Part shown: piece by piece, positions 1-13,545 of the stretch | How the letters are laid out: each line of letters opens with the position of its first letter | How positions within the stretch are numbered: position 1 is the stretch's first letter | From: Camelus ferus | Lineage: Eukaryota | Assembly: GCF_009834535.1 (NCBI RefSeq) | Contig: NC_045707.1 | Coordinates: 58,592,001 to 58,656,000 of the forward strand | Reading direction: 5' to 3' | DNA: 64,000 nucleotides | The notes under the pieces: generated by a model | Database searches by the model: none | Seen by the model: only the letters and a program-made list of their open reading frames with translations | What the model was told of the DNA's origin: nothing | Position numbers and translations under genes: made by a program

Positions 1-1199
1 GTTTCTTTTGGTACATGAAGCAGAGATTTCCTAAAGAATGAAGAGAAAGCATGAGCCTTGCTTGCAAATAATGTATTATAAAGTAATGAACTGTATAAAA
101 TTTTAAACAAACTGAGTTTCTCATTCCCAGAAGATCAATCACAATTACATTTAGCAATTATAGTTAGCATAAATTTCAAGAAGAACTAACTAAAATAAAA
201 ATGAATCCATGAGCCAAATGAAAACTATACTCATTGCTAAATTATTTCTCCCTGTAGACGTATAATATAGAGAGTGAGAGAATGGAAACAAAGCCCATCC
301 AAGTCAAAATCCAAGTACTGAATTACTGTAATAATGAAACAGAAAATCAAGATTTCTTAAACAAATGGAAAATTCCCCACTTTGAACAGGGAAAGAAATC
401 TTGGAAATTGGGATACCAGAGATGTCTCTAAAAGCACTGAATAATAAATTCACAAATGTAAAGTTACTTTTCTAACCCACTTATTGTGTACCCACTTTCC
501 CACTAATGTGGTGTCAAAAATTGTCATTTATTTTTCAAAGCACCACTCAGTAACGGAGAACTTTATAGCTTTAAAGGGCCTCCCAAGATTTTGCTAAGAA
601 TGGCAGGGGCACGATCAAGAAAAGGCAGCAAATAGCCTTTTCAAATGCATTATGAAGACTTCAAGTGCATTTGTCATGTTTGGAAAATGACTCAGCAAGG
701 GTCAAAGTCTCTTTTCCTTTTTTGATTAAAAAAGGTAGACATGAAAACCTAGAGATGAAGTGGAAATTCTACATGGGTCGGTTTAGCAGTTTTCACCAAC
801 AGTGCTCATTGTGCACAATATTAATTGACATGACCTCTTTAGCTTTTTACACAGTAAGATAAAGCTAGGTGCTTCTGGCAGTTTTTGAAGACATACAGGT
901 TAGCTGGATGAAACTAATTGGCTCTCAAAAGATTTTCTATAGCGGCAGCAGAATAATCATGTGGAATTCCCATTCTCCATTGCTTTGCTGAAACTCAGCT
1001 CTGAATTCTTGCTGTTTGCGAGCTGCAGGCACTTCAGAGAAAATCTAAGCTTGCAACTCAAAGCCCTCTTTTATCAAACTGTGTGCAAACTGTCATTATT
1101 TGTCACACAGTGAAGCAAAACTTTAAAATCGATCTATACACAGTTCAGATGGTGATAAACAGGATGGAAGATTCTGCAGTCTACAGTTTCAAATAGTAT

Positions 1200-1398
1200 G
1201 ATAATAAATGAAAATACCTAACCCTTAATAAGCCCATACTATCAGCCAGACATTTTTATAAGAGCTTTAAACACAGACGCTCATTTAATGCTCACAAAAT
1301 AAACCCTGTGAGTCAGGCAAGATTTTCTCTCTACTACAGATGAGAAAACTTAACCAAAGGTTGCACAGCTGGTAGGGGCGGGAGCAAGGATTTGAACT
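1200..1398 (-). mobile_element. MIR SINE remnant
   Basis: Reverse-orientation MIR core: tcatttaatgctcac...ccctgtgag...tacagatgagaaaact...ttgcacagctggtag...aggatttgaac. Confidence 0.85.
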
Positions 1399-1814
1399 GA
1401 TTCTGCCTTGCTAACAAATAAATAAATAAATACATGTTGAATGAATAACTTGTGTGCCTACAATGCATCCAGCATCCTAGGTGCTGTAGATTAATTGACA
1501 GTAGTTATCTACCATCCGTATGCATACAGATGGTTAAAATCCAACGTGACATGTGCTCTAGCAGACATAATGATGGAAATAGTGCTGAGATAACACACCA
1601 TGTCCAAAACCAGGAGGACTTGAAATATCTGAGTATATTTGGGCCTGAAGGCCAAGTTCATATGCCATATATTTATATATATCAGATATGAAATATAAAA
1701 AGTGATATGGCTGCTTCTTCCTGAATTCGACCTTCTCTTGTGTGCCAGTTCATTGGGGAACATGAGACTTGAGTGAATAGACTAAACAATTTACAAAATC
1801 GTAATACACAGAAT

Positions 1815-2372
1815 TGTAGGTTGGCTGCTTACATGACAGCTAGTGCTTCCTTCCTTCTGATTCTAGATCGTACACAATTTTTCAGGCAACTCCTACCCCT
1901 TGTCCCTCACTCATGGGTAAATCACATCAGTCTAGGCCAGTCATGGCAATTCCATTCTTTTCCCCAGTGGTTGATTTACGCAGTGGTCTATGATCCACTT
2001 TGGGCCTGTTGGACTATAAGAGGGTGAGTGATGTCTGTTCTTCTAACTCTTAAAAATATATGGCCAGGAAGTAATGTCTCTTCTGTTGGCTGGTGTTGTG
2101 TTTTTGTGTGGCACCTCGAACTGCTTGTGACCAGGCTGTGATCATGAGAGAGTCTAGTGAAAGAGAAGGCTGATGCTTTACCGACAATGGGGCTGAAACT
2201 TGGTAGTAACCATGACCATCAGGCTGGTTCTGGGCTGCTGTATTTATTAACCCTATAACCACCACACTTTACAACTTCTGCTATGGGACATAATACATCT
2301 TCCTTATGGTTTAACCTATTTTGCGTTGCATTTGCTGTTGCCTGCAGCCCAAAGCTGGCCTAAACAAATACT
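1815..2372 (+). mobile_element. Ancient ERVL-type solo LTR (LTR16/LTR33-like)
   Basis: Starts TGTAG; ends ...ttccttatggtttaacctattttg...tgttgcctgcagcccaaagctggcctaaacaaatac, resembling the LTR16/33 3' end; ~560 bp. Confidence 0.65.
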
Positions 2373-4454
2373 TTATAATAAGATTTCCATAATAGCAAAC
2401 TTTTTTTCCTATAGGTGTATTTTCTTCTATGCTGTGCCAGTTTGACTGCCTGCTAATACCCTTTACCTGTGTGCATTTGACTCCTAGCTTTTGATTCTCA
2501 CTAATTTTGGGAGACACTCATCACATTTTCTCCTATTCAGAACAGGGCTGGAACTTCCCTACATCTACAACTTATGGTGAAGATCATTGTCTTGCATCCT
2601 AAAATGCTAGATAAATACAAATTGAATTGACTTGAAATACCAGCAAATTGGTTTTGTGATTAGTTCTCTCTAATTTAGAAGATATAAAACATTTAGGTAA
2701 GGTTCTAATTTGGTACACTGTATTCATACCAAATGCTCTACCTCTTAATTTGCCCATCATTAATCAATGATACGTGACTAAGGGGACAGGATACAACTAT
2801 GCCTTGATCCACTTGGAACACTTTGGAAGTAAATCAAGGGGAGCCGAAAAATTGGAAAGAAAATTTGGAAGTTGGGGACCCTATCGTGTCTATCCTGTGG
2901 CTTTGTCTGCAAGCATTTCTTGGTGGGTTCCTTTTCTTTTGTTTCTCCTCATCATCTTACATTTAAGCATCGCTATGAAAAACATGACTTGGACAAAAAT
3001 TATCTGTAGCTTTTTTAAAAATTTTCATTTGGCCAGCCATCGTACTTAATGCCATTTTCATTTGCGTGTCTCAATAATAAGACAGATGAATACACCGCAG
3101 TTTGCATCCTAGATCTTCAAAGAAGTTGGAGTTCGGCGTAATAGTTTGTGTTGAGAAGCATGGTCTGTAAATGCCCTCTCATTTGTATCAAAACAGGCGT
3201 GCCAGCTTACTGACAGCAATATATGGCGTTAAATTGCCTTTTTATTTTCGATTCAGTAATTACAGACACTATAATTTCATCAAAATAAAGTTACTCTATA
3301 GGCAGTAATCTCATCTCTTTAGGCTTTTTCCCCAAACTTATTAATAATTTGATATTATGACATATTGAAAGAAAACTGAAAAGTGATCTAAAGTACTTGC
3401 AGTGAGTGTGCCCAACTTCCTCTTTGAAAGTGACTGGATGACTTTTAATATCAAAACGTGACATTACCACATTATTTTTAATATTCTCCAGTAGAACCAT
3501 CTCTACCTTACAGGAAAGCAACAGATACAGGGAAGATTTGCAACTTTCCCTACTGTGTAGCCCGAGATGGTTGATGGTTAGAACCTCAGGTTTGTTTCAT
3601 CAGTTTGGTCATGAACTATGATGCATTTTGTGGGACAGAAGTGTTTATATTTAGTCCAACTTTTTTTTTTTCCTTCCATGTCATGAATAGGCAACTGCTT
3701 TTCCTTAAAAGAGGTAAGAGCAATAGCTGAATCAACCAATAACCAACTGACAAAGGAGATGTTTCAGAGTGAGGACACACTATTACGAATTCATCTCTGA
3801 AAGTCATATTTCAGATAAACTAACACTTTTGTTAAGCTAAAAGTATACTGATAGCATGAATAAAATATGATTGTTATTTCAATCAACTAAGTCACCCCTG
3901 TATTACAGAAGGTGAGATGCAGAATCCGATAGGAGATACGACTTAATATCATCCCATTTGTTTACTGGAGATTTTGCTTTTAGAAATCACTCTGGGGCTT
4001 TTGCAATCAAAGACAAACATCAGTGAAAAACACCACCACCACCAAACTCCCAAACTGAAAGATTGTGTGAAAGTTTTGGGCCTAACAAAGAAAGGAAAGA
4101 AAAAGCAGGAATGCCAGCAAAGCATCACGACAGTTCATGGAATAAAATTATAAAATCAAACTGAAGTATGAGGAGTTTTTAAAACAGCAAGTTAAAATCA
4201 CAAAGTTTTTGAGGCTAAACGTATAAAGAATAGGCAAAATACAGCTCCACTACAAACTTTTAAAGCTGCAAAGGTAAAAATAATAACAGCTAAAGGAAGA
4301 ATAATTCATAATGAAATGTAGGAATTAGGGTGTTCTAAAAAAAAAAAAAAGATGAAATCCATTAAGGGGAGAGGGAATGTTCACAGGATAAGTGGTACAA
4401 TTAAAGGAGGCCCTGACTGAGCACATGTGAGACTCAGGGTGGCCAGCTGGAGAG

Positions 4455-4630
4455 AGAGTTCAGTTCTGACTCTTGTCTTTTCTTAGCTATAAAAATAGAA
4501 GCAAACTGCTTACCTTCTAGCCCAGTGTTTCCTCATCTGTTAAAGTATAATAATATACAGCTGGTATGTTGATGATGAAATTAGACAGTATGTGAATAAG
4601 CACATAGCAGGCACTCAATGGCAGTTAATA
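4455..4630 (+). mobile_element. MIR SINE remnant
   Basis: cagtgtttcctcatctgttaaag core, followed by gcacatagcaggcactcaat 3' tail. Confidence 0.8.
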
Positions 4631-5035
4631 ACTGCCTTAATGCAATGTTTAATGCATCATTAATAATGAAGATGATGATGATATTATTTTGTTCCCTGTA
4701 GCAAATATACCCCAATTGCAGAGCTAGAAGCAAGGAACTTCTGCTCTGATTCATGAAGGCTAACTCAGTAACATTTGCAGGTAGATTTCTCTGCTAGGCT
4801 AGAATGCACAGGTGAAAGATGCCGCATTTAGTCCCTAAACAAATACTGGCATTCTGGTTTATACATTAGTCCCTTGTGAATTGGTTATTGTGAGTCATAC
4901 CAAAAGATGTTTTTTTCAAAATAATTTTCCAGGCCTGTCACTTTGAAGACCAGATCCTGGAATTTGGCTAAATTTTTCCATCTACCTCTATCTTACCACC
5001 TTTTGTTCTGACAACATCAGTTAGACTCAGAAAGA

Positions 5036-5089
5036 AACACACACAAAATATATATATATATATATACATACACATATATATACATACAC
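5036..5089. repeat. Compound (CA)n/(TA)n microsatellite
   Basis: acacacac...atatatatatatatatacatacacatatatatacatacac. Confidence 0.9.
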
Positions 5090-6067
5090 TTCTGTTTCTT
5101 GATGGAGGTTTTTTTGTCTTCCTCTGTGGAGTAGCATCTAAATATGTATTTCAGAGTCATCAAATTTCACAGAAAATAGCAGTTGCTACCAAAGGAATGT
5201 TTTCGGATTCTGTGTGAAATTGGCTAGAATTTCTGAAGCTCTATGGCCTTGGCAAGGCTTTGCTGGACACTAAGAGGTAGGCATTCATTAGAAGACCCAA
5301 CTTGCTGGGAGTACATATATAGGGGTCACCCTTTCTCGGGGAGTGGACCATGCTGTCTTCCTGACAGAGGGGCTAACTCTACTCTCCACACCCCGGTGAG
5401 ATTCCGAGTACCCTGCTCTGCTTCTCTTCCGGTCCTAAACCCTTCCCAGATCCTTGCCCACATTACCCAGCGAGCGCTCAGTGTGGCTCTTTGCACCTCC
5501 GTGTAAACAGGGAGCCGGTTGCCCAGCCGTGAGGAGGCAATCAATTCTCCACTAATAAATTACTCCGCTGCAATTACTCGCCAGGCAAAAATCCTTGATC
5601 AATTTGTTAACATATCTCAGGCCAGCTAGAGAAAATGGCTCCTCTCCCTGGAGTGCATTTTCATCAGGCACTCCTGGGCTACAGTTTTCTCAGACCTGGT
5701 GTCTCTATCACTTACTATTAAATGCTTTCTATCTCTTGGAAGGGTCTCAATTTCTGATTTGTTAGGGTACTTTCATGTTGCCCAGAGTTTTATGTGCTCA
5801 CCTTTCTTTTTATATCTTTTCTACTATTTGAATAGCTTTGGAAGGGAAGTATAAATAATCTCTGGTTAATAAGCCGTCAGAACAGAAGTCCTATCTGTAC
5901 TTGTAATGGAAACACATCATGCCTCTTTTCTCAAATACATAAAATACATGTATTTTATGTCTTTTATGTCTTTATGTTGCAAAAGGGAAAAGATGAGGAC
6001 TTTCATGCATTCTTATTGCATCTGTAGAATTATGATTATCTGTTTACGTTTCTCTTCTGCCCACCAG

Positions 6068-6178
6068 CCTCTGAGCCCTTTGAGTTTGGGAATCAGGTCT
6101 TATTCGTATTTTATATTTGCCATATTCACAATGTCTCAATCTCTAGCATGGTATGGTAGAAATCTGAATGTGTTTGGG
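6068..6178 (+). mobile_element. L2 3'-end remnant
   Basis: ctgagccctttgag...ggtcttattc...tctagcatgg...atgtgtttg resembles a degenerate L2 3' terminus. Confidence 0.5.
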
Positions 6179-6236
6179 GTATATATTTATAATATTTATA
6201 TAAACAAATACTGTATTTCTCTGGTATGAGGGAGTG

Positions 6237-6284
6237 AAACGTATACATTTAGGCAAACGTATACATTTAGGCATACATTTAGGC
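6237..6284. repeat. Short tandem repeat, 18-bp unit
   Basis: aaacgtatacatttaggc twice (perfect) plus partial atacatttaggc. Confidence 0.95.
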
Positions 6285-9200
6285 AACTTAGGTGAAGTTG
6301 CCCCTATTCTTCATTTTTCTTTGGTTTCATGAGGAGGCTCTGGATCCATTTCCGAATTTTGCATGTTAGGTGGATTAAGTTCAATTTTGGAGAGAACTGG
6401 TCATAGGAGAGGTGACAGGGCATTTGAACAGTAAGAATGGCGGCCGGTTTCAAATCCCGAGTGAATATAAATACTACACAGTATGAGGCACACTTTGTCA
6501 CTGGATCTTTTTCATGACAAAATGCTGACAGTGAAGAGCGAAGGCAGCTGGTAGACAGAAAAAGGCTACGGAGCATTCCGTGTGGAAAGAAAGAACACGT
6601 AGTTGCCAAATCATGCTGTTATTCATGATAGCAAGTAAAGAAGCCAGCCAGCATTTTGCAGAGGGCGTTAGAAAGCAAAGTCTCTGTAGAAATCAGCTGA
6701 TTCAGACGGTACTTCGTAGTGCCTTCCAGATGTGGTAAGAAAGGTGTGGACCGTGAAGGGGATCAAAAGAATTCGGGCAACAACTGCAGGAATCTCTCCC
6801 GCCCCTGAGTCTCCTCCCTTGGCCATGCTGCTTAGAGATTATAGACACTTCCTCAGTGCAGGAAGCCTGGAAATCAATATCAGAATGTCGACTGATTTCA
6901 GAATGTCAGTTTCCAGGGTGCATGGTTCTACAAACTCACGCGGCCTTTCCCCTGACTGCGCCCTGTCTCCACAAGTCTGGGCATTTACTCGACTGTGAAT
7001 GCAGTTTATAATTCAGGCCCGAGTCTTCTGCTATTATCAACCAGAGAGAAAGAAAAGGACTGAAGTCCCTAAGTATTTTCCTTCATGAACAGGAATGAGA
7101 GAGAGAAGCGGTAGCCGCTCCTTCCCACACGATCACCCTGGCGTCCTGCGCACGCATGTCTCGTTTCTCAGGGCTGTTACCCACATCTCCGCTCCCCCTG
7201 ACACTTCCACCCATAGTCACTGATGCTACTGACAGAGGACGAAAAATTCGCACAAAATGAATGTTCAACTTGATTTAGGCATGAAATTCTAATACCATCC
7301 AGAGAGGGATCATGCTGTTTCAGAATAATTTTTAGTGTAATTCGACAAATAAAGAAACCATTTGTATCAATAAAATGCTTGTTTTCTGTGTATGGCATAA
7401 AATCAAGTTATATTCAAATATTTGGCTACTGCCAAATCGATGTCTTTTGGAGAGCTTAGAAACAAGGGCACTGTAGAGATGAACTGAGAAGCGTTTTGGT
7501 CTATGAAGAACAATAAAACAGAAATTAGAATATTAGCGAAGGTAGCGAAGCCATGCTGATGGATCACTCTGGCAGCTGGGGGTCACCTCTAACAATTTTC
7601 TAACACTCTTCTTGCAATTGATGGATTTTTTTTTTTTCCTCCTGGCTCTTGATTTACTTATTCACTAACTGATGGGATTAATAAAATTAATTAGCACAAA
7701 AGTTGACAGAAGTACTAAAACACCACAGATAAACCAGGAATATCAATTTGCTTTTTCCTTATAGTTAATTTCAAGAATCAAATTACAAAATGAAATTTTG
7801 TAACAAATTTCTAAAGATTTTTTTACTTAAAGGTTAGGAAAACATGTGTGAGATGAGGTGAATTCTTCTCCTGTTTTGACCTAGATTTGACCTAAATACA
7901 GATTTAATATTTAAATTTAATTTTCTCTGACAGTATTACTTTGTTTTCCAGGGGAGAGTGATGTTTTATTTGCTTTCCTTATTTCTTAGCTGTCCTATTT
8001 GTATCTGTCAGAGAATTTTTTTTTTAAGCAGGAAATTATTTATTCATCAAAGTAACGGTGCTACTTTTTAAAAAATATAAATTGTCTCTGAGGGATTAAA
8101 TTTGAGTAACTCGAGAACACTCCTCTCAGAATGTATTTAGGCTTTAAATACTCTACTTACACACATGTTAACATCAGTAATATATTTATTCCTTTGCTGA
8201 AGTCTAGACAAACTAGTAGATATGTGAAACTGATCAGGGATTTACATTCTGGGCTGAGGTAGCGTTGATAATTATTACGTAAGGATAGACTGATCTCCAT
8301 GCTTGAAACTTGGCGGAATTATGGCTTTAAATGTTTTCTTGTGTGTTTAAAAGAAATCGAATTCATAGTAAAGTTCCTGACCATTTTGCTCATTTCACTG
8401 TTTTAGGTGAAACGTTCTTGACCGTTTTTAGTCCTTTCTTTCTGTTTTCTCATTCCCTGGTCTAGAGGGACCCCAGTCTCTCGCCAGGCTCAGACTTACA
8501 GATAATTCTGCATGAGCTATGACTTACGTTTACTTAGATTCAGACCATCACTCCTAGCCTGATTTCTACCTCTATGCTGAATTTTATACCATGATAGTGC
8601 AACAAAAACTCGATCTAGAATTTGATGTGACCTGAGATCCCATCAAATTACATCACTTCAAGTTGAATCATGTTTCCTTGGTTGTTGGTTCACAAATCTT
8701 ATAAATCTTAGAATAGTCCTACAGTTTGCATTTAAAAAAAAAAAATCAACGAAATATGGACCCCAAAGAAGACCAGGCAGGTTGCACTAAATGATTGGTT
8801 TCTGAAATTGCCAACCTAAGACCCATAGAAGGTGAGTCACAGAATTGCATCCTCTAAATTAATTAACCACGTTGAGCTTTTCAGGAACACTTCACCCACA
8901 TCATGTCAAAGCTAAAATCATCAGCCTTCCAAAACCACAAACACAGCTTGACTGGTTTTGACAGTCTATTTATTAATTGCTGCCAAACTGTAATTGTTAC
9001 TGCATTAATGTAGCCTATCTGCAGAGGAGCAGCGTCAACTAAGCATCTGCCTCTGAAATTTGAACATAAATTTATTTCTTTAGGTTCCATTACTGATCTT
9101 TAATGTTCTTAATATTTTCAGGCAATTTCATCTACAACTTCAAATAAATTGTAGACACTGGAACTAATTGTTTCCCTAATTAGCTGACTCTCTTACCTCC

Positions 9201-9571
9201 CGTGGTGTGTACCGCGCACGTCTTCCTGGCTGCACGCAGCAACAGGAGGGAAGCCATTAATCAATCACAGAACAATTAGTTCTGATCTGGAGATCCCCCC
9301 CTTCTGTTGGAAGGGAAAATAACCTCCTCAAAGGTGAAAGGGACACATTTGTTCTCTGTAGTTGTTGCCAAAGGGAAAAACTTATAGGTTAGGCTGATTG
9401 TTTTTCCACATGTAATTTAAATTCTCAGTTCGGGCTTAAGTTTGGCAGGAACACCCAGACCTTATGATGAGGACTGGGACCCCTTGATACGCTGCATCAT
9501 AGCTGCATGACCTTCTGTTTCTATAGTCAACACGTGTTAGTGCTGTGAGCCGTTTCTTGGCGTGCTTTACC

Positions 9572-9668
9572 CATCAGGCTGAGCAAGGGATGTGTGCTCA
9601 CATCTGTATTCCCTAACACTGGTCACACAGAAGTTGTTTAAAAAATACTGTTGAATGAATGAACAAAC
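9572..9668 (+). mobile_element. L2 3'-end remnant
   Basis: catctgtattccctaacactggtcacacag...aatactgttgaatgaatgaa tail. Confidence 0.7.
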
Positions 9669-10954
9669 AGAATTTATTGTCTTCAGATACAAACATTGCC
9701 AGATCTTTTATTCATTGCCCCTGAAGCCAGGTCTCTAGAAGAAATCAGTAGATAGAGCACTTAAGGTGAAAGATGGAGTTTTCACTCTGTATTCTATATA
9801 ACTTTACATAAACTTAGAAAAGGGGGAAAAGTAGGTAATTTGATTTTCCATTTCAAATTTTTATATTTCTTTTTTCTATATTTTCTCTCTTAGTTCCTCC
9901 CAAGGTAGACAACAGAAGAAGGTAGACCATGTGACGACACTGTCAATATGGCACATTATAACCTCTTATGCCTGAGTCTTTACTCTGAGTCTTTCCTTAC
10001 TCTGCTTTGGGCAGCCTCTTGTCTCTCTTTAATCAGCCCCAAAGCCTGATGATGACAATGTGATAATCTTTTTGGTTGTCAGATCATCCCCAAGCCTCCG
10101 AATTTCTGTATCCTCTGGCTCCCCAACCCCAGCTTATCTGCAATGTATTCTCTTCTTTTAGGGTTAGCCCTTTTATTAGATACATGATTGTGCAAAGTCT
10201 AATTTTAAATTAAACACTGGAAGACTAAATGTACTACTGAAACCCACAAAATGTAACATTTATCTTTTAAATAAATAGTTCAATAGAGATATAGGACTTT
10301 CATTTTGGTGGAGTGAAAAAGCAAATTAAAATTATTGGACTCTGAAAACAGTCTATAGACAAGCATAGGATGAAATGACAAAGTTGAGGAAGGAATGACA
10401 GAATGACAGCAGAGATTTTTTTCAAACGTTTTCATATTTTCTGCAAATGTAAGTAAGCTGCTACTAAACTCACATCAGGCATCTACAGTTAATGTAACAT
10501 GTGGAAAAGGCAAAATCAAAGATCTAGCACGCAGAGAATAGATTTCATTACAGTCTGACATGCCCTTACAAATTAAAAGGAATAGCAATAAATATGCAAA
10601 GTGGATTTAGTTAACAATAGGGATTTCCTCACTTACTTGTGTTTTAATCAGGGCTCCAAGGTTAACAGAGTTTGTGTTATTAAAGGTTAGCAAAGTGCCT
10701 TATTGAAATGCCACTTTTATATCTATCTTCCTGACATTAAGTCCACCCAGACAGGATTCTATTGACAATTTGACCTCAGTGTTTAAGGCATTCCCAGAAG
10801 CTGAGAATTGGTTTTTGGCAGCTTTGCACATCAAAACAGCCCTATAGGGCAGAAGTGGTCATAAACAGTACTGAATAACAAAAAAAGGACTAAAAGATGA
10901 AAGAATGTAGTTAACTGAATAATATGCTTGTACAACACACACACACACACGCCA

Positions 10955-11116
10955 AAAAGTGAGCTTCCTGGACCAGCAGCATCAGCATTGCTGGTAGCTT
11001 GTTGGAAATGTGAATTCTCAAGCCCCACTCTACACTTACCGAGGCTAGAGTTCTGCAATCTAGTGGAACACACCCTCCAGGTGACAATGATGCATGATTA
11101 TCTTTGAGAACCTCTG
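10955..11116 (+). mobile_element. MER5A (hAT-Charlie) non-autonomous DNA transposon
   Basis: ggaccagcagcatcagcatt...ttgttggaaatgtgaattctcaagccccac...ccctccaggtgac...gatgcatg...tttgagaacctctg follows the MER5A consensus as recalled. Confidence 0.9.
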
Positions 11117-12039
11117 CAGTATTGTTTTAATAAAGCACAGGCAACATCAACCTTACCCACTCAGGAAAAAAAAAAAAGCAACAACTGAATTTTTTTCATA
11201 CAATGTGGTTTCTAACTCAGGTGATCATTTCATCTCAATTTCCCGCTAAGAATAATGATCTCTTACAAAGTTGTGTTAGATTTACCGGAAAACAGGAAAG
11301 AGTAGCCTCCTGAATTTTATGGTATGCTCATTTTCAAAGATCATTTAGACTATAGATAATTTTTGCTTGAGATGTTCACTGCATAAAACACTACTCTTTT
11401 GAATGGGTTTAAACAGGATGTTTCAGTGCTTACCAAAGACCTGAAATTCACAATTCCACAGGAGTTAGATGATTACCATAGTAAGAGTCTATAAGTTTTA
11501 TAGCCAATTATATTTTTACTTAAATTCCAGTTTTTAAATTAACCTGGGGATCTGATAACTTCTGTATGTGCTAATGATTTTTCAGAGCATACTGGGATTT
11601 AAAACTACCTAAGAAACAGAAATAGAATCAAAATAAATCCATGAAAGCAGAAATGTTTTGAAATCTTGTGAAGAAATGAAATAATAAAGATATTTAAGGT
11701 TGGCTTCATCTATTTTTCACTGATTACACAAAGTAAGATATATTTTGGTCATGATGTGTTGATGGATCTCAATTATAGTACAAAATCAAAATATAGAAAT
11801 AAGTATTTTAAAGGAAATTCTTGTTGTGAAATGCCACTGAATTTCTGCTGTTAGGTAATGTATCATATTGATAGAAATCCAATTTCCTCTAGTTCCAGCC
11901 AAATTTCTATCCATACTCTGCCCCCAATTCTTTACTATCTTTATCTTTTTAATTCTTCTAAGTCAACTGTTTCCTTCTTCTCTGAGCCAGTTCAGTAGGA
12001 ATTCATTTATTGTCCTACTATGTCTCTTATGAACTACTG

Positions 12040-12170
12040 CCTAGTATGTATTTGCTTGTACATATTTTTCTTACGCTAGATTGTAAACTCCTTGAGAGCC
12101 CAATAGTGGCATCACTATATCCCCTTAGGTCTCGAACAGTCTCTGATAGAAAGAAGACGTTAATAAAATA
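12040..12170 (+). mobile_element. L2 3'-end remnant
   Basis: ctagattgtaaactccttgagagc...cactatatcccc...ttaataaa. Confidence 0.7.
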
Positions 12171-13449
12171 AGCCTAAGAAAAGATTTTTTAATCCTGTGT
12201 TTTTATCTGCAGTTTGTTGGAAAGTAATATGAACTACTGCAGGCTATTAAATTGTTTGGAGTCCTTAGTTAAGCCTACTGACTATGGCACCGTGATGGAT
12301 GGGATGGAATGTGGAGTCACTTGAATAGAATTGATTCAGATGTGATTTGCCAGTTTGAGAGGCCACAGTTGTGAAAGAAATCACCTGATTCTGGAGCATC
12401 TATATATGAAAAGGACAGACAGTGATATCAATTTATTTGAAAGAAAGGAAGGACAAGAATGTGCTTACTTTGATTCAGTGAGTCTTAACATTTGAGTGAG
12501 TGATAAATGGTAAATGCACTCACATGAACCACTTCTTACACCCTGGGGGTGACGTTCGGGGCAGTACTTTGTCCCTCCAGGAATGGGGAGAGACAATCAA
12601 CAAGGCTGCCCCGGAGCACACCAGGTATGATCTCACAAAGTACTTCACCTACAAGCAGTCATTCAGTTTGGCTGTAGGAGAGAGGCCACCTTCACCATCA
12701 TCAAAATGGGTGACTTTTCCTCCTTTTCATCCCTTTTCTTCACATACTAGGCATTGACGTTAGCAAAGTTTCAGGTCATCAGTAGCTGAAGCACTTTGTT
12801 CTCTGTCCTCGTAGGCATTTCTTGAGTAATGAGCATCCGAGCTTTGAATGAGACTGACTGATGGGTGAGATCAGAAGACAGATTCTCCTCTGACACTCGC
12901 TAGGTCAACTCAGGCAACAGAGAACCTAGATGGCCTTGGTGTGTCAACTGGTGGTTGTGTCAAGGGAGCACTCAACTGTGACTCTCCTATGCCCCCACTC
13001 TTTTATCTTGAACGGACTGGGAACAAGAGCTTGGTGCTTTCCACCTTTCACATGCTCTTCTCTGTGAGAACACATACTCTTCCTCACTCATCGTCCTTGG
13101 TAGGTACTTCAGATATTCTCCTGCCTTCCATCTCTTCCTCTTCCCCTTCCTCCCTCATCTTCACTTCACATTTTGCCAAGGATCTCATATTGTTTATTTA
13201 CCACAAGAATGTTAGTGATACACATCTAAAGGGAAGACGAAGTCATAGGATTTAAAACAAAATTAGAAATACCTCTTCTACCTCAGATCTGACCCTAATG
13301 TTACCTTTTAAAGGAGCTTCTAAAAATCTCTTCAGAGAAAAGGACACTTCTTTCTGTACAGCGATCGTTATACATCTGTGCAACAGTCATCGTTTTATGT
13401 CTATAGTTGGGGTCATTCAGGGCACAGGTAGCATCTTTCATATTGCATC

Positions 13450-13545
13450 AGGAAGCACCTCATGGGTTGCTGGGAGGATGAAATGAAGATTGCAGGGAAG
13501 AGTGAAGTTCCTGGGCTATAGTAATGCCCAGTACAAGTTTGCTGA
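13450..13545 (+). mobile_element. MIR 3' remnant
   Basis: cacctcatgggttgctgggaggatgaaatgaa...cctgggctatagtaatgcccagta. Confidence 0.6.

Noticed and set aside
6390..6630. Coding-looking stretch, possible CR1/L3 remnant or pseudogene
   Set aside because: Stops in the + frames and no convincing similarity that I can support.
7100..7240. Small CpG patch with NRF1-like TGCGCACGCA
   Set aside because: Too short for a CpG island, with no other promoter evidence.
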